DNA of 58,521 bases from IMG/VR virus record IMGVR_UViG_3300046167_000389, positions 1 through 58,521 of that record. One strand, given 5' to 3'. Positions within the stretch are counted from its first letter, which is position 1. Each line of letters opens with the position of its first letter. Positions 1 through 8,407 of this stretch are shown piece by piece. The notes beneath the pieces were generated by a model. That model did not search any database. It was not told the DNA's origin and saw nothing but the letters and a program-made list of their open reading frames with translations. The stretch comes from a virus (lineage: Duplodnaviria > Caudoviricetes). The position numbers and the translations under genes are program-made.

Positions 1-323
1 CACAGATCTAGAGGGGTAGGGGGTGGCAGTCGCCCCGGTCGGCCCGACGATTAAAAAAATAGATTGATTTATGCCGATTTCTTTAAGTCATTGTTTTTAT
101 TATATTTTTTATTAATCTATGACTGAATAGTTCACGGGATGACTGTGATTTTAAAAGTAAAATCAATTGCTTAGATAAAACTGGCTCATAGAATACTGGC
201 AGAATATGCAATTAATCAGAATATTGTGACATAAAAGCACCAGCCGTGCCATCGATCCAGACCATCGTGCAGGGTGGCGGCTGGCTGACGAACATCAGAC
301 GCTGGGGCGGGAAGCGGCATTGT
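1..323 (+). repeat. Left direct terminal repeat (323 bp)
   Basis: Aligns without gaps to 58199-58521, with 14 substitutions counted by hand. Confidence 0.9.
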
Positions 324-619
324 ATACCCCCAGCCCTCTTTTCCTGCCTGCTTACCATCACCTGCTCGAACAGCCAGCCTGAGCAGCCTACACCAGCCCA
401 TGACCCATGATATGCTGCGCCTTGCTTGCCGCTCTGTGTGGCGTTCTCTGAGCCTGTGGCAGGGTGTTTGCCGCGAAATCAACATAGGCCTCACGCTCGA
501 TATAAGCGCCACTGAATAGGGGTAATTGTTTTGGGTATAATTATGCCATCTAACTGTTTTGCTACTGTGTGAGGCTTACAGCGCCTCTCAGAGCATACTA
601 CATTCCGGTCATCGGACAC

Positions 620-647
620 AAAAAAACCGGCTCGAAAGCCGGTCTCT
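620..647 (-). terminator. Intrinsic terminator ending the leftward early operon
   Basis: Minus strand ACCGGCT-TTCG-AGCCGGT followed by a T run. Confidence 0.85.
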
Positions 648-673
648 ATGGTTTGATTGTTTGGGCTGGCTGG

Positions 674-928
674 TCAGGAATGCCTCGAACCATCAGCCTC
701 GACGCCAACCCACATGAGGCCGGTGTTAACCATCACGCTTCCATCGTTGAAACCTAGTTGAGGCTGGGCTGATAGCAGGAACTCACAGAGCGGCTGCTTT
801 ACCTGATGCCAGTCATGTAGAGTGCAGATCGATATGATCTGTTCGTTGGTCAGATGCTCAAGTTCGCTGTCAGGCAAAGCTTCAAGGCTGACGGCTGCGG
901 GGCGGTTTTGCGCTGCCAGATCCATCAT
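674..928 (-). CDS. Hypothetical early protein
   Basis: ORF; start trimmed to the ATG overlapping the stop of the upstream ORF. Confidence 0.6.
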   Translation of the reverse strand: MMDLAAQNRPAAVSLEALPDSELEHLTNEQIISICTLHDWHQVKQPLCEFLLSAQPQLGFNDGSVMVNTGLMWVGVEADGSRHS

Positions 929-1110
929 TTGATCCCCCAAGCCCAAGCATCGGCGGCGTGTGGCAAATAGCCGATTTCATCACGCACAAGGCTGTCGATG
1001 TCGGCATCACGCTCGATATCGATTGGCTCCTGCACTTCAGCGAATTGAACTTGGGCTGACCACTGAGCAGCCTGTGTGCCGGTGGTGGTTTCGAGAAATA
1101 GTTTTTCCAT
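925..1110 (-). CDS. Small acidic hypothetical early protein
   Basis: ORF translationally coupled on both sides. Confidence 0.6.
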   Translation of the reverse strand: MEKLFLETTTGTQAAQWSAQVQFAEVQEPIDIERDADIDSLVRDEIGYLPHAADAWAWGIK

Positions 1111-1196
1111 CAGGATATACCCCAGATTAAATTGATAAGATTAATTGCGAACAGGATCGCAACCGTTGAGGCAGCGGCTCGATTGAGCCACCGCAT
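1110..1196 (-). CDS. 28-aa hydrophobic peptide (MRWLNRAAASTVAILFAINLINLIWGIS)
   Basis: Read by hand; TGATG overlap with the next gene; single TM-like stretch. Confidence 0.5.
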   Translation of the reverse strand: MRWLNRAAASTVAILFAINLINLIWGIS

Positions 1197-1213
1197 TTTT
1201 TTGATTGGATCGA

Positions 1214-1936
1214 TCACGACAGGTAACCGGCGCTGCGCTGACCACCGGAAACGCCAGAGCGTAGGCCTACACGATCACCTGCGCTGCGCCCTGCCTTCGA
1301 TGCACCTGCGCTTCGGTTGCTGGTGTGACGCCGTCCACCTGAGCGCAGCCGTGGGAACTCTTTGCGGAATGCATCATCCAGCGCACGGTCAGCCACTATT
1401 ACCAGCGCCGTGCCGTTCGAGGCTTTGGGCTGCTCGACATTCGAGCGGCTTTCACGATGCATTTGTTCCAGCCGGTTACACAGGCGTGATGCCATAGCAT
1501 TCATAAAGCTGGACCGGATCGAGCGGGCGTGATGATAGAAGGCCTCTTCCTCATAATCTGCGGTGTGCTTATAGCTCAGGAACTCAAGTTCCATCGAAGA
1601 CTGCATCAGGCTGATCAGATACATTGCATTGTCTACTTTGTGTTGCTGGCCGAAGATCGTAAGTTTTGATCCGGTTGCTACCAATTTCACTTCACAGAAT
1701 GCTTGCAGACCGTACAGCGCACCCCAAACCGGATGCCTTACCTTTTTACCCAGCGACATGCTGTCTTTTGTGTATTCGGTCAGGCTGATGTCTAGCTCAG
1801 TCAGGGTGCAATTGTATTGGTCCTGAAGTGATTGCATGGCCTGAGCAGCGGCCACTGCCTCTGCCTCTGTACAGCCGTTTTCGACAGTGCGTTGGCTGAA
1901 TGCTTTAAGCTTTTTTAAGATTGATTGTTTGTCCAT
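1214..1936 (-). CDS. DUF2786-family phage protein
   Basis: N-terminal ILKKLKAF...GCTEAEAVAAAQAMQSLQDQYN resembles DUF2786; C-terminal GRSAGDRVGL. Confidence 0.75.
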   Translation of the reverse strand: MDKQSILKKLKAFSQRTVENGCTEAEAVAAAQAMQSLQDQYNCTLTELDISLTEYTKDSMSLGKKVRHPVWGALYGLQAFCEVKLVATGSKLTIFGQQHKVDNAMYLISLMQSSMELEFLSYKHTADYEEEAFYHHARSIRSSFMNAMASRLCNRLEQMHRESRSNVEQPKASNGTALVIVADRALDDAFRKEFPRLRSGGRRHTSNRSAGASKAGRSAGDRVGLRSGVSGGQRSAGYLS

Positions 1937-1962
1937 TGGATTGGTCCTTTTTGGTTGGTTGG

Positions 1963-2130
1963 TTATTGCTTTGGGATTTGGATGGTGTAGCGGGTTTGGG
2001 CGTGTTTGAAATAATAGACGCCGTCCTTTTCACCCATGAACATGAAGTCAAACTTCACGGCTTCCATGAAAGTCTCGAAAGCTTTTTCAGTGTTTGAGCT
2101 AGTGATGCGGGGTTCTCTAATGCCATACAT
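1963..2130 (-). CDS. 55-aa hypothetical early protein (MYGIREPR...IPKQ)
   Basis: Read by hand; GGAGG RBS upstream. Confidence 0.65.
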   Translation of the reverse strand: MYGIREPRITSSNTEKAFETFMEAVKFDFMFMGEKDGVYYFKHAQTRYTIQIPKQ

Positions 2131-2132
2131 GA

Positions 2133-2408
2133 TCACACCTCCACATAAACGATGGTGTCAGGCTTCAGGAATATTTCCTTGCAAACATCGTCAGCCGAAC
2201 TGCATGAGAAATTGGCAAAGGCTGGCATCCCATATTTTGATTTTGGGTTGTAGTGATTTCTTACAAATTCGCCTTTGGCGTTTGGCTTGCGTCTGAAATA
2301 TTCACCCTCTTTCACAGAGCGCAGCGCGACTGCCTGCATCCCGTTTTCCATCGTCATAATATCTGCCGCCATTTCATTGAGCAGGTTCAGGTTTGGTTCA
2401 TTGGTCAT
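2133..2408 (-). CDS. Hypothetical early protein
   Basis: ORF carrying the conserved leader motif and RBS. Confidence 0.75.
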   Translation of the reverse strand: MTNEPNLNLLNEMAADIMTMENGMQAVALRSVKEGEYFRRKPNAKGEFVRNHYNPKSKYGMPAFANFSCSSADDVCKEIFLKPDTIVYVEV

Positions 2409-2432
2409 TGGTCTCTCACTTTCGTTGGTTGG

Positions 2433-2491
2433 TAGGCTGTCTCATCAGTGACCGTTGCCTAAGCGATCAGACGGGCTGATGCCCGTTTCGA
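2433..2491 (-). ncRNA. Type II hammerhead ribozyme with pseudoknot (HH1)
   Basis: UC-GAAA-CGGGC(AUCA)GCCCG-UC^-UGAUCG(CUUAGGCAA)CGGUCA-CUGAUGA-GA; loop I UAGGC pairs with the 3' GCCUA; complete catalytic core. Confidence 0.88.
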
Positions 2492-2493
2492 TT

Positions 2494-2647
2494 TAGTCGT
2501 TTTCTTCGTTTTCTTTTTCGGTTGCTTTCCAATCTTCAAAGCAGTCAGCGCAAAGCAACTCGTTTGGGGCAGGGTGATAAAATCCCTGCACCCCATGACC
2601 GCACCCAGCGCAATAAGTTGTTCCATCTGTTCTCTTGTCCATTTCAC
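2494..2647 (-). CDS. Small hypothetical protein, probably frameshifted
   Basis: An alternative frame ends DCFEDWKATEKENEEND-stop just before HH1. Confidence 0.45.
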
Positions 2648-2654
2648 CTACCCC

Positions 2655-2897
2655 TTAAAATGGAATTTCATTGCGGTTCATGTCACGCTCACAAAAGCTG
2701 AAACAAACTGTGACGGGCTGCTTTAAACTTGAAATCAAAGCTTGCATTGCAACCGCATCGAAATATGCATCTTCAAGGTTGGCTGGATATTCACCGGCAT
2801 ATTCGCCGTGGTTGTATTCGTCTGCCTCATAATAGTGGGCCTGACTGGTGCTATCTTGAAATCTTAAAGAATTGATTTGGTTTGGTTCATTGGTCAT
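2655..2897 (-). CDS. Acidic hypothetical early protein
   Basis: ORF with leader motif; shares its MTNEPN start with the 2408 ORF. Confidence 0.7.
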   Translation of the reverse strand: MTNEPNQINSLRFQDSTSQAHYYEADEYNHGEYAGEYPANLEDAYFDAVAMQALISSLKQPVTVCFSFCERDMNRNEIPF

Positions 2898-3131
2898 TGG
2901 TCTCTCCAGTTCGTTGGTTGGTGTTCAGGCACAGATGCCCGTCACCCCTGTTAACATGTCTGAATTAATTATGTCCACAATAAACTGCCAATATACCGCG
3001 ATAAGTTAACAGGCCTGTAGAGCGCATATAAGCGCCACTGAGTGCGTTAACAGTTTCTGCCACTTAGAGTTCATGAAATCTGCTAGACCCCACTCAGCGG
3101 CGATTTTCGCTTTTTTCGGGGTAATTTTGCC

Positions 3132-3161
3132 AAAAAAAAGGCCCGTCCGAAGACAGGGCCC
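3132..3161 (-). terminator. Intrinsic terminator
   Basis: GGCCCTGTC-TTCG-GACGGGCC followed by T8. Confidence 0.85.
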
Positions 3162-3182
3162 AGTTCAGGGAGAATTTACTAG

Positions 3183-3358
3183 TCAGCCGGTGGCTTTTTC
3201 CAGCCGGTCAATGGACCGGTTTAGCTTGGCTGCTTTTCGTTGCAATGCCAGCAACCGGCGTCGTCTCAGTTCGACGGCTGCGGGCTGGGGTGGTGGCTGC
3301 ATATGAGAACTGGCCCAGTCATAAAATCTGACGGCTTATGTTTGAAGCTTTTGCCCAT
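3183..3358 (-). CDS. Small basic coiled-coil protein (frameshift in a T homopolymer)
   Basis: MGKSFKHKPSDF joins YDWASSHMQ...LEKATG if one T is added. Confidence 0.45.
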
Positions 3359-4259
3359 CACGCTGCCTCCAGAAAACGGTTGTCCGAAATCCATTTATTA
3401 ACTTCTAATTCACGCTGCATCATATTAGCTGCGCGGTTTTGATTGCGGCATCAGTCTGACGCAGAGCGAAGCCGTTTCGATCATCGGCATAGGTGGCATA
3501 ATTGGTCCAAGCAGATACCAGAGCGAATTTGTTTTTACCTCTGACTGAGGCCTCTGACTGATACAGCGAGAACATTTTGTCTGCTTTGTTTTCTACCTGC
3601 CGCTTGCTGTCGGGGTTGGGCTTTGGAGCCATCATAGAGTTGAGCAGCGCCTTTACTGTGTCATCGGTCAGGCTGGTTTGGGCAAATACTTTCAGCCGTG
3701 CGCTGTCAGCGTAAAAATCGTTCTTCGCTGTCCGAAGCTGTTTGATAAAACCTTCCATAGAAAACTGGCTGCTATTCCTACGGCGCACCTTCGAGTGTTC
3801 TCCCGATACCATCCCATTGAGGCAAAACGCATCTATCGCGCCGAATAGCGTTGTGTTCGAGCCAGAGCCACCATCGATCGAGTGCAAGGCAATGATGCGC
3901 TGCTTGATGGTTGTTTGGTGTTCGTCGGTTTCAATCTGTGTTGCGATAGATGGGAATTGAACATCCATCATTCCAAAAGCACCATTTCTGCCAGACTGAA
4001 ATCTAAGCTGCGCGCCTTCAGTATCGGCTGGGTCCATGTTCTCGGTCACCTGTTGCCAGACGCCCTCAAAAAATGATCGGTGGCTGGCGCATGAAAACGT
4101 GTCTCCCACATGCCCCAGTACTTTTCCGGTGTTACCGTCGATCACAAATTTGTGCCGGTCCTGTCGGCTGGCCTCAAACACCGGATCGAAGTCTAAAGTG
4201 GTTGGCAGTTCGAGGTCTTGGCTGAAGTTTTGAAAATCTAACATATTTCTCTCTTTCAT
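3358..4259 (-). CDS. DUF932-like phage protein (3' frameshift)
   Basis: Motifs IIALHSIDGGS and AIDAFCLNGM; true C-terminus probably NRAANMMQRE...LEAA in the shifted frame. Confidence 0.75.
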
Positions 4260-4284
4260 TGATTGGTTGGTCTGTTCGTTGGTT

Positions 4285-4343
4285 GCTGACTGATCGTCAG
4301 ACCGAAGGCATCACCCTCCGATAACGGCCCAAAGGCCGTTTCA
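4285..4343 (-). ncRNA. Second type II hammerhead-like ribozyme (HH2, variant stem II)
   Basis: GAAA-CGGCC(UUUG)GGCCG-UU^-AUCGGAGG(GUGAUG)CCUUCGGU-CUGACGA; begins right after the upstream stop codon; the 10.1/11.1 positions are U/U. Confidence 0.7.
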
Positions 4344-4559
4344 CTATGCAACCATAAACAGGCGCTCTTGCGCCTCTGCAATTTGCCACTGCTTCATAGA
4401 CCGGCCCTCGAAAATCGGCACGATGCGGTCATTACGCTCGACAACGATATAATTGCATTGATCCAGCCGATAGCCGCGCAGCGCGTGGTCAAGGCGCTTT
4501 TCGTTTGAGTAGGATTTGGCTGATTTCAATTTGATGGCGCTGCGATTACGTTTCTGCAT
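4344..4559 (-). CDS. Hypothetical early protein
   Basis: Start moved to the ATG after AAGGACCAATCAA. Confidence 0.7.
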   Translation of the reverse strand: MQKRNRSAIKLKSAKSYSNEKRLDHALRGYRLDQCNYIVVERNDRIVPIFEGRSMKQWQIAEAQERLFMVA

Positions 4560-4671
4560 TTGATTGGTCCTTTTCATTTTCATTTTGTGTCTGCTCGTTA
4601 AGCCAGACGTTTATGCTTTCAATTTCACCGAAGAATAAATCGTCGGGCATTTCCCTCAAGTCGTTTGACAT
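4546..4671 (-). CDS. 41-aa acidic peptide (MSNDLREMPDDLFFGEIESINVWLNEQ...)
   Basis: Read by hand; AAGG upstream. Confidence 0.5.
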   Translation of the reverse strand: MSNDLREMPDDLFFGEIESINVWLNEQTQNENEKDQSNAET

Positions 4672-4762
4672 TCTTGAACCTTTTTTGCTGTCAGTTAAAA
4701 ATGATGCTCAAAACATCGAGCCAGCACGATAAAAACCCGTACAAGGGCGAAGAAATATCTGA

Positions 4763-4972
4763 TTAGCGCACCGCCTTAATTAGGTGGTTTTCCATAGTTA
4801 TGATGCCAAACCATTCTCTGCCTTTTCCGGTGATATGTGGGCGGTTGGCTACAGTCAGTTCGCCATCGCCACGATACTGAGGGCCAAATAGGCTGGTCTC
4901 TATATACGCGAGCGGCTTGCCTACGTTTTCTTTGCAAGCTTTCTTGGTGGGATAATTTGCTATCATTGTCAT
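4763..4972 (-). CDS. Hypothetical early protein, first gene of the leftward operon
   Basis: ORF with leader motif downstream of a promoter. Confidence 0.75.
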   Translation of the reverse strand: MTMIANYPTKKACKENVGKPLAYIETSLFGPQYRGDGELTVANRPHITGKGREWFGIITMENHLIKAVR

Positions 4973-5027
4973 TTTATTGGTCCTTTTCGTTGGTTGGTTG
5001 ATAGGCGCAAATCAAGCGCCTGTCAGA

Positions 5028-5057
5028 AGTCTACAGGAAGCCGCTTAATAAATGCAA
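5028..5057 (-). promoter_or_regulatory. Leftward early sigma70-type promoter
   Basis: TTGCAT-N18-TAGACT. Confidence 0.6.
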
Positions 5058-5255
5058 CAGTTAAATTGCGAACTAATAACCTGACTAATTGGTCAACTAA
5101 CGATTTTAAAAAATCATTTTTTATTTTCTCACCTACCTTCACCTACGTCAGGTGACTACATGTAGTTGCAATATGGTCCATATATACTCAGTGAAGGTAT
5201 GATTTGTTCGCGCAGGGAAATTTTTTGATTTTAGTCTGACTGTTAACTTATTTGA

Positions 5256-5285
5256 TTGACAACCTGTTAACTGCTGTAGTAGACT
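5256..5285 (+). promoter_or_regulatory. Rightward early sigma70-type promoter
   Basis: TTGACA-N18-TAGACT; predicted start site falls at the leader motif. Confidence 0.65.
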
Positions 5286-5317
5286 ACTTACTCAACCAAC
5301 TAACAAGGACCAATCAA

Positions 5318-5494
5318 ATGAAAGCTACAGCAATACATCACTTAATGAATGACTACTTGGATAACCATACTCTGGTTAAGGCTTGGCGTGTGCTGGACTA
5401 CGTGCGGAAGTATCCTACTGCACTCAGTGGCCTTAACCGCACTGAGCTGGCTATCTACAAGGCCATCGTCAACAACTGCGGCGAGGAGATGTAG
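5318..5494 (+). CDS. Small hypothetical early protein
   Basis: ATG after AAGGACCAATCAA. Confidence 0.7.
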   Translation: MKATAIHHLMNDYLDNHTLVKAWRVLDYVRKYPTALSGLNRTELAIYKAIVNNCGEEM

Positions 5495-5495
5495 A

Positions 5496-5834
5496 ATGCA
5501 AGCTAGTATTAAAATCACTCAGCGTATGCTTAATAAGTCCATCATCGATGCTAACAAGTCAGTGGTGGCATTCGCCAAAGAGTATCTGCCATACGACTAC
5601 GATCACATATCTACCCTGCCAAGCAGGAAGCTGGTTTTTACAGGTGTATGGACACACGCCGATAGCTTACCTGTTCCGGTACGCCTGTATCTAAGACCTC
5701 GCGGTGATAGGCTGCTATCTATCGGCAGTTTAAAGCTGTTTGCAAAGGCCGGTGATACTGTAACCTTCAGCCCAGCCTCTGACCCTTCCAACTACCAACT
5801 GGAGCTAGGTCTGATCGAAGGAGAGGCGGCATGA
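5496..5834 (+). CDS. Possible stand-alone B3/EcoRII-N-like DNA-binding domain protein
   Basis: KSIIDA...VRLY..RGDRLLSI.SLK.FAKAGDTV resembles N-terminal domains of MvaI/BcnI-family proteins (by eye). Confidence 0.45.
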   Translation: MQASIKITQRMLNKSIIDANKSVVAFAKEYLPYDYDHISTLPSRKLVFTGVWTHADSLPVPVRLYLRPRGDRLLSIGSLKLFAKAGDTVTFSPASDPSNYQLELGLIEGEAA

Positions 5835-6223
5835 GTGGATGCGGAAGCACTCTAGACTTTGAGTACATAAAAGCAATTATTCGCTACAACCAGATGGATA
5901 AGAAAAAGGTAGTTTATCTTAACTATCATGGTGACCTCCTGAAACTTCAAGAGGAAGTCAGTATGAATGGTAAAAGGTATATTGGATACCGCTGCCTAAG
6001 CTCAATTGATCCATTTAACCGCTGGAACCTTAACAAACATTTCATAGGTAAATGGACTACTGGAACGAAGGTAGAATTTGTACGTGACGGTGAGAAGGTT
6101 CTATTTGCCGGTCTCTCATCTCCACGGTTGGAAGAGCTAACTTCAGACATGACCGGCATGTTGGAAGTGTGGAACCTAAACATCCAGAGGTATGAACAAA
6201 CTACTGAGAGGTGTGCGGCATGA
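5831..6223 (+). CDS. Hypothetical protein
   Basis: Coupled ORF with RBS. Confidence 0.65.
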   Translation: MSGCGSTLDFEYIKAIIRYNQMDKKKVVYLNYHGDLLKLQEEVSMNGKRYIGYRCLSSIDPFNRWNLNKHFIGKWTTGTKVEFVRDGEKVLFAGLSSPRLEELTSDMTGMLEVWNLNIQRYEQTTERCAA

Positions 6224-6534
6224 AACTCTATACCAACAACCAAGGACAGTGGTCAGGCACTCAGGCTGATGCTCGCAAGCGTTTTAAGAATGACATGCGC
6301 CTAGTCGAGGTTCCGGTAGACAAGCCCAATCTGCTTGCCTTCCTGAATGATAACGCAGTGGGTTCTTTCGAGGCTCTTGGTCACAAGCCAGAGCCAAACC
6401 CTGATCAACTATCCCCAATCGCAACAAGCTGGGTTTCTTGGGCCTTAGAGCGCCTACAGCACGGCCAGAAGAAGGACGCAGAAGAGATGCTTATCAAAGG
6501 TCTCAAGCTACAGAAGGAGATGGCTAATGGTTAA
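6220..6534 (+). CDS. Hypothetical protein
   Basis: Coupled ORF upstream of the integrase. Confidence 0.65.
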   Translation: MKLYTNNQGQWSGTQADARKRFKNDMRLVEVPVDKPNLLAFLNDNAVGSFEALGHKPEPNPDQLSPIATSWVSWALERLQHGQKKDAEEMLIKGLKLQKEMANG

Positions 6535-7663
6535 AGCTCCCTACGTCAGGCCGCGCAGGTTAAGTAATGGGTGGGTCTACGACATCAGGCCTACTGATGA
6601 AGTGCTAGAGACTTTCCCGCATCTGAATGTTAAGCCACGGGAAAACTATACCTGTATTAGAGATGCCAATGCCCGTGGCTTTGAGATTAAGCGTCTGTTC
6701 GAGGCTCACAAAGCCGGTGAAGAAGTAGAGGTACGAGCAGACAGCCGCTCTGTCGCTGCGCTGGTGGACTACTACAAGGACAGCATGGCTTATACAAACA
6801 TCAAGGCCGCTTCTACCAAGCGGTCCTACGATGGTCATCTCAGTCATGTCCAACGTGTACACATAGGCAGTAAACCGTTCAGTAAGATGTTTGTGTCACA
6901 GGTGGATTACGAATACGCACAAAGATTGTGGTTACACATACAAGATGACGTAAGTACACACAAAGCCAACCACACATTCAAGGTGCTGAAGCTAGTATGG
7001 AACGAAGGTTTACGCGCAGGGAAAGTTAAATCTAACCCGTTCTCCTTAGTCAGGATACCCAAGCTACCGGACAGGCAGGTTATGTGGACCGTCGATCAGA
7101 TCAAGGGCATGGTGAAGTACTGTGATGAGCAGGGCTATCCAAGCATGGGTACTATGATCGTCATGTGTTATGAGTTCTGCCAGCGTCCGGTGGATGTACG
7201 CACTATGAAGTGGTCTAACATCGATGGGCGTACTGGTGTTAGTAACTTCATTCAGCAAAAGACCGGCAAGCAGATGTCTATCAAGGTAACCAACGCCGTT
7301 CAGGACAGGTTACATCTACATCAGCACCGTAACTCAGACGATTACATCTTCGCCTACGAGAATACTGGGCGTCCATATTCTGACGATAGATGTAATAAGT
7401 TCTTTCGTAAGCTGGCTGATGGTTATGGGCTACCTGAAGTGCCTCTACAAGGCAGGTTTAATAAAGATGGCAGTCAGATGTACTCTACGATCTGGTTAGC
7501 TGACTTACGACGAACTGGTATAACCCATGCCAGTCAGTCTGGCTGCTCTGACAGAGAGTTGATGGCTCTCTCAGGCCACAAGAACCCTCAGATGCTGGTT
7601 GTATACGCAGTAGAGGGCGAGATTGAATCTACCAATGCAAATATTAAACGAGGACTATTATAA
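6527..7663 (+). CDS. int: Tyrosine integrase
   Basis: Catalytic motifs QRPVDV, QQKT, ADLRRTG, LSGHKNPQMLVVY. Confidence 0.92.
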   Translation: MVKAPYVRPRRLSNGWVYDIRPTDEVLETFPHLNVKPRENYTCIRDANARGFEIKRLFEAHKAGEEVEVRADSRSVAALVDYYKDSMAYTNIKAASTKRSYDGHLSHVQRVHIGSKPFSKMFVSQVDYEYAQRLWLHIQDDVSTHKANHTFKVLKLVWNEGLRAGKVKSNPFSLVRIPKLPDRQVMWTVDQIKGMVKYCDEQGYPSMGTMIVMCYEFCQRPVDVRTMKWSNIDGRTGVSNFIQQKTGKQMSIKVTNAVQDRLHLHQHRNSDDYIFAYENTGRPYSDDRCNKFFRKLADGYGLPEVPLQGRFNKDGSQMYSTIWLADLRRTGITHASQSGCSDRELMALSGHKNPQMLVVYAVEGEIESTNANIKRGLL

Positions 7664-8407
7664 ATGAATCACGAACAAATTACTGTTCAGTATGTACGGC
7701 ACTCAGGTGATGACCTCTCAGTCGTAGACGCGGCGAGAGTAAGCTATGACGCTAAGAGTGAGGCTCTGGGTTATACTGGTAAAGAAGGTGGACCTATGGT
7801 TCCTGAGCTACATGATAAGGATAAGAAGCTCATTCGGTATCTGGCTGATCATAAGCACTACTCACCATTTAACCATGCCTTTGTCACTTTCAGGTGTACC
7901 GCGCCGTTGTTCGCTATGGCTCAACTCAAGAAGAGCGAGTACATGCCGTGGAATGAGATAAGCCGCCGGTACGTGGACAGTGAGCCTGAGGTCTACTGGC
8001 CGAATGAATGGAGAGGCCGTCCTCGCAAGGGTAACTCTAAACAAGGCAGCGAGGGCCACATCACTATCTCAGATGATATCATAGAGGATTCCTATGATGG
8101 CGCTATGCTCAGTTACCGGACTCTACTTGAAGTAGGTGTAGCTCCAGAGATGGCTCGCATGGTTCTGCCGCAGTCAATGCTATCTTCGTGGATCTGGAGC
8201 GGTAGCTTAAAAGCCATCAGCAAGATGTGCAGCCTACGGTGTGCCTCTGACACGCAGTATGAGAGCCGTGTGGTAGCCAATCAGATTAGCGACATCATGC
8301 GAGGGCTGTTCCCAGTAAGCTGGGCTGCGCTGATGGGAGAGTCTTACCCGTACATACGGCCAATGAGTGACCAAGAGAGGCAGAGAGCCAAGGAGAGAGC
8401 GGCATGA
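7664..8407 (+). CDS. thyX: FAD-dependent thymidylate synthase
   Basis: AARVSY, HYSPFNH, WNEISRRYV, EMARMVLPQS. Confidence 0.93.
   Translation: MNHEQITVQYVRHSGDDLSVVDAARVSYDAKSEALGYTGKEGGPMVPELHDKDKKLIRYLADHKHYSPFNHAFVTFRCTAPLFAMAQLKKSEYMPWNEISRRYVDSEPEVYWPNEWRGRPRKGNSKQGSEGHITISDDIIEDSYDGAMLSYRTLLEVGVAPEMARMVLPQSMLSSWIWSGSLKAISKMCSLRCASDTQYESRVVANQISDIMRGLFPVSWAALMGESYPYIRPMSDQERQRAKERAA

Noticed and set aside
283-316. Third hammerhead in the terminal repeat (CTGACGA)
   Set aside because: No GAAA element or supporting stems.
1939-5315. CRISPR-like array from the CAACCAAC repeats
   Set aside because: Copies are short, irregularly spaced, separated by whole genes and tied to start codons.
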